Source of the DNA: Octopus bimaculoides
Taxonomy: Eukaryota
Reading direction: 5' to 3'
Assembly: GCF_001194135.2 (NCBI RefSeq)
Contig: NC_068981.1
Span: 181,505,579 to 181,547,708, forward strand
DNA: 42,130 bases
Below the pieces are notes generated by a model that worked only from the letters and a program-made list of their open reading frames with translations, was not told the origin of the DNA and ran no database searches. This document shows positions 34,226 through 42,130 of the stretch, in pieces (positions within the stretch are counted from its first letter, which is position 1; the number at the start of each line of letters is the position of its first letter). A program made the position numbers and the translations under genes.

Positions 34226-34544
34226 TTAGATGCCACTGGCACGAGAGCCAGTTAGGGGCCAGGGGTGGGTGGGGAGAGGCTGGCTGGCATCAACCATGTT
34301 CGGATGGGGCTTTTTATGTGCCACAGGTACCGGGAGCCAGTCAGGCCGGGGAGCAATCTTCTGAAGCACATAACTAGGGAAATACAGTCATGGAGGCTGA
34401 CTGAAAATGAGTGAGAATTATTGTTTTAAGAATTAAATTTAGTTGCAACTACATGGTAGAAGAGCCATTTAATAACACACAAAGCTGTTAAATTTGAAAT
34501 CGTTATACCTTAAATCATAATAATTTTAAAAGATCAAGTATCCA

Positions 34545-34760
34545 CAGTCTTTCCAACAACAACCATGGGCACCTTTTTGAATTCAATATGTCTGACATTT
34601 GTGGGGATGCTTAGAGAATTAAAAAAACAACACAGCAGCGATGACTTTGGAAACATTTTTTCATACTCAGAATTGCTGAAGCGTGGAATAAACTACTTGC
34701 ATCAAAAGTTGGTTGTCAGGATACTGCAGCCTCCAAAACTTCCATGCTTCCTAAAATTCA
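34545..34760 (+). mobile_element. CR1/L2-type LINE 3' fragment
   Basis: Reads KHFFILRIAEAWNKLLAS, matching the K.FF..R....WN.LP C-terminal motif. Confidence 0.7.
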
Positions 34761-34911
34761 CCAACAATACACCTGATGTTCTCTCCCCACTTTTTTTTAA
34801 ACAAACCAGTCATTTTCATTTCTTGCACATTATTCTATGTACTGTTCATGCATTTTTGGCTACTTTTTCTGATAAGCTGTAGTGCACCTGAGCACTCTAT
34901 AATAATTCCAT

Positions 34912-35287
34912 TATTATTACCTCCACCTTAGCGAAGGTGGAGGTATTGTTTTCAGTTATGTTTTGTTTGTTTGTCCATGGACAAGATATCTCAAGAACCA
35001 CTGGATGGATTTGGATGAAACTTTCAAGGATGTTTGGCCTTGTGACCGGCACGAACTGATTAGATTTTGGGATCAATCCAGTACCAGACAAGAATTCTGG
35101 ATTATTTTTCCTGTTTTTATTTTACTTAATTTTTGAGAGCGGTCGGGTTCATTTTTAGTATTCTAGTTTGTGAGAGCAGTCGAGTTTATTTCAGATATTC
35201 TCATTTTAAAAATTATCTCTGGTTAATCGTTTTTGAGGATGTTGGTGTTGCCTTGGCAGAGGTTTGCGCTCTCTGAGTGTTCTTGTT
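34912..35287. mobile_element. Helentron-associated (HINE/DINE-like) element
   Basis: 5' hairpin CCTCCACCTT-AGCG-AAGGTGGAGG. 3' CCTTGGCAGAGG sub-terminal repeat followed by a short hairpin GCGCTC-TCT-GAGTGT. T/A-rich flanks. Confidence 0.6.
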
Positions 35288-35699
35288 ATTATTAAAATGC
35301 TAACGGCAAAACTTGATATCTGTCCAACTGTAGAAGTCTGGCTTCATCAGTGAATCTGATTTCAAGGATTTGAAAAGGTATCGTTAATATAATCAAGGTT
35401 TGATTCTGAGAGTGAATTGGTAGAATTTTTAGAGTATTGGAGCGTAGAGAGTCTGAACAAATATTGTGAACCAGTCTCCAAATACTACTAAGGTCAACTT
35501 TACATTTCATCCTTGAGGACAATGATGAAATAAGGAAATAAGAACTGAGCCCTGGTGAATATCTACCTGTACACAGAAAATGGTAAAAAATAGAACAAAA
35601 AATCACAGGACTTAGAGAAGTGTGGGGGGGGGGGGCTGTAAACTTGCAAGACACAAAAAACAGGGGAAAAGTTTCAACAACTAAAAGGGGAATATTTGA

Positions 35700-36460
35700 G
35701 AGGGGGAAGTGGAGGTGGGTGGCTTTATGCCAGATGTTAAAAGGCTAAAGTATGACTGAGGGACAGGCACAGGTGTCTTGTAGAGGAGGTACATGCTGAA
35801 GGAGAAAAAAAAAAGGAAGGTAGTGATAGAGTATTTGAGCAAACTGAAGGTACATGAGGATAAGCATGAGAGGATACAGACAGTGAGTCATGGGAGGGGT
35901 GGAGGGAGTGAATACTTTCATAAGGAGGAATAACAGGTGGTAAAAGATGGGGGTGGGGTAGAGGTGAACATAGTGAGTGATGAATAAGGGTGGAGGTGAG
36001 GTTGAAGGGAAATACCAGTATGGAAAGAAGTAAGGTGAGATACAGGAATGACTCAGGAAGGTGAATAGGTTAAAAAGTAGATGCAGGAGCATCCAGGCAT
36101 TTGAGGGAATCAATTTCCAGTGTATCCTTTGTCTTTATATTACCTGTGCATCTTCCACATACAAACACTACTTCCATTAACAAATCCACTGTACCTCTAA
36201 TGTCCATAACTTGCAATGGGTACACTATTTGGAATTCCTGCCCACACCTTTCCTACATATCGTGCAGAGCCATTTACCTGAAGGGGATAGAGTCCTGTAT
36301 ATTTACCTGCTTACTATAGCCTTGGTTTTCACTAAGTTAACTTTAAGGCCCTTTAATTCCAGGTTTTTCTTCCACACCTGGAATTTCTTTTCTAATTCTA
36401 TTACAGATTCAGCTTTAAGAGTGATATCATCAGCATATAGCAGTGTCCAGGACTGAGAAC
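35700..36460 (-). mobile_element. degenerate RTE LINE: RT (YADD) plus Cys-rich insert, followed by the pyrimidine-rich 3' segment
   Basis: Reads WTLLYADDITLKAESVIELEKKFQVWKKNLELKGLKVNLVKTK..SGKWLCTICRKGVGRNSK*CTHCKLW. 35700-36080 is homologous to 16440-17130. Confidence 0.85.
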
Positions 36461-36648
36461 TGAGCCTACCTGTATACTAAAAACAGTGAAAAATGGAACA
36501 GGAATGAAATGACTTGAGAGAGAGAGAGACAGAGAGATAAATAGACAGACAGAGAAAAAGGAAGGGAAAGATTCAACTGAAACATTAAACCCAAAGAGTT
36601 AGTTATTAACAGGCTATAAAGACAAAGTAAAAAGAGAAATTTGTTTAC

Positions 36649-36853
36649 CGTCCACTGACAGAAGCTGTACAACAATTTGAACAAACAACTGTACGTATTT
36701 CTTTTTAACTTGATATTTGTGAAGAAAACTCTCCATATAATGAAGGAAAGGCGTCAAAGTTTTATTCACAAGTTCCACACTACAATTCCGGTTATCTGTT
36801 ATCAGGTAACTTAGAACATAACACACATCGAGATTAAGTTGTTTTTCAAGAGC
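36649..36853 (-). CDS. TEX10: TEX10 exon
   Basis: Acceptor CATCTTTTTCAG, donor ACG|GTAAAC; 205 nt, phase 0-1. Encodes ALEKQLNLDVCYVLSYL..YVQLFVQIVVQLLSVD. Confidence 0.82.
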
Positions 36854-37420
36854 CTGAAAAAGATGGAGATAAGACAAAAGTTAGAAGGACTCACTAGTTT
36901 CAAGTTTACAGTGTCTTCAGAGAATAGCTTGAACCTTTTAATAGAAACGGCTCTGCAATCACACCACCTTTTTTTTTTTTTTATAAAAGCTTCCATTTTT
37001 AAAGTGATCTCAAAACCTTCCATCAAAATTCCATGCTAATTTATGTTGCTAACACCAAGTTAATAATGACAAAGTTATTTTAATAAATTCCTTAATATTT
37101 TTGAAATTAATTGAAACAAAGGCAGCGCATTTCATTTTAAATATGGTAATGAAAGGGTTAAGGATTTGTATACTTTCCAATGCTAATAGCCAATCAGTGG
37201 TTTCTTGGTTGTAGCTATTTCTTCGCCTTACAGCAAATTTTTGAGAAAAGCATTAAAGTCATCCAATAAACGACCATCCTTAAACATTATTTTATAGCTT
37301 GNNNNNNNNNNNNNNNNNNNNNNNNNNNNNNNNNNNNNNNNNNNNNNNNNNNNNNNNNNNNNNNNNNNNNNNNNNNNNNNNNNNNNATAATAATAATTGT
37401 TTCTTATTTAGGCTCATTGT

Positions 37421-37782
37421 GGAGGCGCAATGGCCCAGTGGTTAGGGCAGCAGACTCGCTGTCATAGGATCACGGTTTCGATTCCCAGACCGGGCGTAGT
37501 GAGTGTTTATTGAGCGAAAACACCTAAAGCTCCACGAGGCTCCGGCAGGGGATGGTGGCGAACCCTGTTTTCTCACTCTTACTTCCTGTTTCTGTTGTAC
37601 TTGTATTTCAAAGGGTCAGCCTTGTCACACTGTGTCACGCTGAATATCCCCGAGAACTACATTAAAGGTACATATGTCTGTGGAATGCTCAGCCACTTGC
37701 ATGTTAATTTCACGAGCAGGCTGTTCCGTTGATCGGATCAACTGGAACCCTCGACGTCGTAAGCGATGGAGTACCAACAACA
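37421..37782 (+). mobile_element. full-length tRNA-derived SINE, family D, with TSD
   Basis: A-box TGGCCCAGTGGTTAG, B-box GGTTTCGATTCCC and a (CAA)n tail. TSD ATTTAGGCTCATTGT (37406-37420) / ATTTAGGCTCATGGT (37783-37797). Confidence 0.9.
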
Positions 37783-39746
37783 ATTTAGGCTCATGGTCAG
37801 CAAATTTGAAGGGAAAAGGTAGGTCAATACAATTGACCCCAGTACTTGACCAATACTATATCTTAACTCCAGGGAGTGAAAGACTAAGTTGACCTTGGTG
37901 GTGCTTGAACTCAGAGTGTAAAGAGCTGGAAGAAATAATACTGCAAGGCATTTCATCAAATCTAACGATTCAGCCAATCCAGCAATAATGGTTTCTAACA
38001 CTGACACAAGGCTACACAATTTGGGTAAATTAAGAAATGATTAAATCAACCTGACTGGAATTTATTTTATTGATTCTGTAAGGATGAAAGGAATGAAAAA
38101 AGAATTTGATTACAACAAAATCAAAGCATAAAGGGCTGTATGCAAATACCACCAGTTATTTTGTCCAGTATTTTACTAATTTGGATCATTTCTGTTTGGC
38201 TGCCACTTTTCCATTTCTTCCATTTTTATTCCAATTGATTTCATATTTGATGTTTTGATGTAGCTTTGTATGATAATCATTGACATGAAATTTATTTTCA
38301 CTATAACTCAATACCTAAAAAGTTAATAGCTTTTAAAGTTTGCAAATTTTGGGTAATTTTAGCCAATTGAAACCCGCAGACACCTGTTTCCATTAGTAAC
38401 AAGCCAAGCTGTTACCAGGCTGCTTACCCACATGGTCATGAGATGTGCTAAAAATGGCCTTAAATCAACAAAGAACCAACATTTTTTGCTTTGGTTTTTG
38501 CATAATAATATGAATTTCTGTGTGTAAAATACAAATTCAGAAAAATCTGAAAATTCCCAAAAAAAAAAAGTTATGAGGTCATGCATAAAACAGAATGCCA
38601 CAAATATTTCATTTGTTTACGGCTGAAAACATGTGCAGTCATGCACAAATTCACAGCTTCCAAATCATGTCTTCTGACTAGGTAGAAATTAAGCTTTATT
38701 AAACTTTAAACCTCTATAACTTTTTTAAAAAATTTTCTGGAAACAGGGAGAGGCAAACTTTTCAAAGAAGTAGGTAGCATGAGACATGGGTGATCATCAT
38801 GTGGGTTGCACTACTGAAAATACTGAAGATAACTTTCCATTAGGTGTGTCATTCAGAATAGCTGCACAGGCCACAGGTTGTCCATGACTGGCATAAGTTG
38901 TCAGGTCACTTGTGAGATCTCTCACGAGCACTACAGGTAACATGATATTCAATACAGCCTCTTGCATGGTTGGCTTGTCAGCAACTAAACTGGCACCCCC
39001 ACTAGGCTAGGCTGGTGAAGAGGGTTACTAGAAACCCTGCAGGACTAAAAACAAGACATGTCAAAAGGACAGATGAACCTAATGTGGGTTCAACAATTAT
39101 CTGTCAATAGCACAAGCCCTCAGAAATTCCGGGGTCAGTGTCCAGCATGCTAGAAGACCACTGGGAGTGAGGCACCCCTTAGCTTTTTGTATAGGCATGA
39201 CTTTAGAACTTGCTTCAAACCCGGGCTACACCTGCTCTTACAATTAGCAGTGATTTGGTCAGTGAATCCTCTGCGACAGTTGACAATTGATGGCAAGATG
39301 AGCTGCTATGGATCACACTATCCAAAAGAGTGTGTATGCATGTGACCAGGGGCCACATGTGAACATGTATTCCCACTGAAACTCCAAACACTCGTTGGTC
39401 GGAACCAGCTCAACTTACCGTAGGTGAATGCCACTATAAGCACATGACTGACATAGAAATTCATCACAATGATGAGTTTATTAGCTGCAGGAAGAAAGGC
39501 ACTTACCTAGCTGTGAAAATAATTGTTGCAACAAGTAAACCATAACCAACTATGTAATACAAGAAAAATGGGCAATAAAACAATGAGGAACCTTAAAAAG
39601 AGTTTTATAAAGTAGAGGATGAAGTAACAGAAAAGATTTTGTCAAGTACAGAATGAGAGAAGAAAGGAAAACAGGAAAAGGTCTCGGTACATGCCAAGGA
39701 CAAAACAAGACAAAAAGAAAAAATAACAATCAAAAAATCCACTCAC

Positions 39747-39896
39747 TAGATTTTGTGCATCTTTTGCATTGTTCAGTGAGGAATTGTGAGGCTGATCTAG
39801 AAATTGGAAGTCATCATTTGTGTAGGTACTATAGGGGAAGACTGTCATAATCCGCTGAACCATCTCAGTACCATAGGTTTTCACTAACCAACCACG
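39747..39896 (-). CDS. TEX10: TEX10 exon (most 5' exon found in the window)
   Basis: Acceptor TATTTCTATTGCAG, donor CTA|GTGAGT; 150 nt, phase 0-0. Encodes RGWLVKTYGTEMVQRIMTVFPYS..AKDAQNL, matching the recalled human SWLRKNY..HHFMSRFPY. Confidence 0.85.
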
Positions 39897-40341
39897 CTGC
39901 AATAGAAATAGTTTGAAGTTGCTTGTCAGAATAAACTATCACCATCGTTTAAAGGTCTACTTTTCCATATTTACATGGGTGAGATGTAATTCACTGAGAC
40001 AGATTTTCTATGGCTGGATGCCTTTACTGTCATCAACCCACACTGGTTTCCAAGTAAGGTAATATTCAGCCATGGCCAGACATGTTTTCATGGAAGATTA
40101 GAAATACAGGTCACCATTTGAATGATACAGTTTGTTGACAATGACTATGTGATGTCAGGACAAGGAGACACTAAACACACACAATGAGCTTCTTTCAGTT
40201 TCCGCTTACCAAATCAACTTACAAGGCTTTGGTAGATGATATTTACCCAAGGTACAATGCAGTGGGACTGGACCCCAAACCAATATGGTTGGGCAGCAGA
40301 CTTTTCAACCACATATTCACACTTGCATCTATGAGTGTTTG

Positions 40342-40376
<35 letters not shown>

Positions 40377-41032
40377 GTATGTGTGTGTGTAGGTGTGGGT
40401 ATGCATGTCTGTGTGTTTGCTTACATCTGCAATCACTTGTATGAAAATATGGCATTCAGGTGGTTGTTGTTTGTTTTTTTTGTGGAAATTACTAAAGATG
40501 GCGAGGAGTTACATAATGAAATTCTATTGTACCTTGGTGCATCATTGCTCTTGTCTCTATTCACTGATACTACAATGTCCCAGACATATTCTAATCTCTC
40601 CAAACCACATAGTTCCATGTTCAGTCCCACTGTGTGGCACCTTGGGCAAGTGTCTTCCACTATAGCCTCATGCTGATCAAAGCCTTGTGAACTGAATGGA
40701 TTTGGTAAATAGAAACTGAAAGATACCAATTGTATATACATACATATATGTATGTATATATATATATATATCAGTTGAATAAAGTTAAAACATGGTCTGG
40801 TTTTCATGTTTGTTATTATGGTATTTAAAAAAAAAAAAAAAATTCTTAAAAAATTATTTTGTAATATTCATAAAGTTCAATTAGCACTTTCATACATTTG
40901 TATTAATCAACAGATTTCAAAATGTATTCAACTGTCAGCTGAATTCATGACAACTGTACTAAAATGATTGACTTTTTCCTTTTTGTACCTCTTAGAAGGT
41001 TCTAACAAGCTGAATTTTTGGAATACGGTTTC

Positions 41033-41372
41033 CATCATCATCATCGTTTAACGCCCGCTTTTCATGCTAGCATGGGTTGGATGATTTGACAGGGGACTGG
41101 CGAACCAGATGGCGACACCAGACTCCAATCTGATCTGGCAGAATTTCTCCAGCTGGATGCCCTTCCTAATGCCAACCACTCCGAGAGTGTAGTGGATACT
41201 TTTACGTGCCACCGGCACAAGGACCAGTCAGGCGGTACTGGCAACGGCCATGCTCAAAATGGTGTTTTTTACGTGCCACCTGCACAGGAGCCAGTCCAGC
41301 GGCACTGGCAATAACCTCGCTTGAATGTTTTTTCACATGCCACCGGCACAAGTGCCAGTAAGGCGACGCTGG
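41033..41372 (-). mobile_element. (GAT)n-tailed retroposon, family G, with internal tandem units
   Basis: (CAT)n-CGTTTAACG.. block plus about three repeats containing TTTTACGTGCCACC. Confidence 0.85.
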
Positions 41373-42093
41373 TTTTAGACTAATCAAAACAAATCCAGAA
41401 CACTAATGTTCGCCAAATTCCATTGAGCGACATATAAGAAACATGTTGTCAGAAAATGTTTCTAATTTTTCCTTTTCACAAACTACATGACACAAATGAG
41501 GTTGGAAGAAAGATAAAAGAAAAACGGTTTATTAAAATGTTCAAACCTGTTCTGAATAGAAATAAAAATAATATAACAACCAGTTAATGCTGTGGATTAG
41601 AAAATATCTTTAACATATGAATATAAACAAATTACAGAAGGCTCCCACCAATTGAAATAAAAACGATCAAAACCAACTAAGTTTGTTCGCTCATAAAACC
41701 ATTACATGTGAACCGCAAGCTAATTGGTTAAAATAAAGGGGGGATCTATACCAGTAATATTGGTACGCCCTGGCAAACAACGATGTTTCAGCTGCATGTG
41801 GATTGGTCAAATTCGGCTTCTTGGAGCCTTCTAAGAGGTATAAAGAGGAAGAAGCCGGTCATTTTTGTACAGTTATCAAGAATTCGACTGTCAGTTAAAT
41901 ACAATATGAAATCTAACGATTATTACGAACATATGAAAGTGCTAAATGAACTCTATGAACATTACAGAATATTCTTTTTCAATGTTTAATACACTTCAGT
42001 ATCGTAAAAAAAATTTATATATTTTTTAAATACAATAATAAAAAACTTGAAAACCAGACCATGTTTTAACTTTATTCAGCTAATATATTATTC

Positions 42094-42130
<37 letters not shown>

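Noticed and set aside
35292-35566. Strong acceptor plus open frame (GRYSPGLSS..) as the missing phase-1 TEX10 exon
   Set aside because: The first 55 nt or so are RTE-derived (GTAGATATTCACCAGGGCTCAGTTCT, cf. 18707-18735). There is no good phase-2 donor and no convincing TEX10 similarity.
37421-37495. tRNA gene (also tRNA-like heads at 4005, 20155 and 26611)
   Set aside because: The heads run into SINE bodies with tails and TSDs and lack a complete acceptor stem.
38930-39470. Possible 5' end of an RTE LINE on the + strand
   Set aside because: Only a general resemblance; I could not recover a recognisable endonuclease motif, so it is not listed as a feature.

Overview
Eukaryotic genomic DNA: AT-rich, rich in microsatellites and transposons, with six N-gaps. 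The repeat content suggests an octopus draft assembly (inference). None of the supplied ORFs is a whole gene. I reconstructed two convergent spliced genes by hand. (1) On the + strand, a myophilin/Mp20-type calponin-family muscle gene: a CH-domain exon at 10340-10455 and the last exon at 14256-14441. The middle exon is probably inside the 11909-12427 gap, and the first coding exon was not found. (2) On the - strand, the 3' half of TEX10 (Ipi1/Rix1-complex subunit): eight GT-AG exons between 39896 and 19802, phase-compatible at every junction but one, where an exon is missing and probably lies in the 33434-34225 gap. The rest is decayed RTE and CR1/L2 LINEs, several tRNA-derived SINE families, hAT, piggyBac and Tc1/mariner-type MITEs with intact target-site duplications (TSDs), a Helentron-type element, a mariner remnant and mini/microsatellites. 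I see no clear novel multi-gene system. The best leads are: an apparently C-terminally shortened TEX10; an inverted repeat pair around a stop-free 351-nt two-exon unit (circRNA candidate); intronic hairpins; modular SINEs, including a CORE plus V-like chimera; and a PHD-like finger inside an RTE reverse transcriptase. All protein-family comparisons come from recalled sequences, not database searches.
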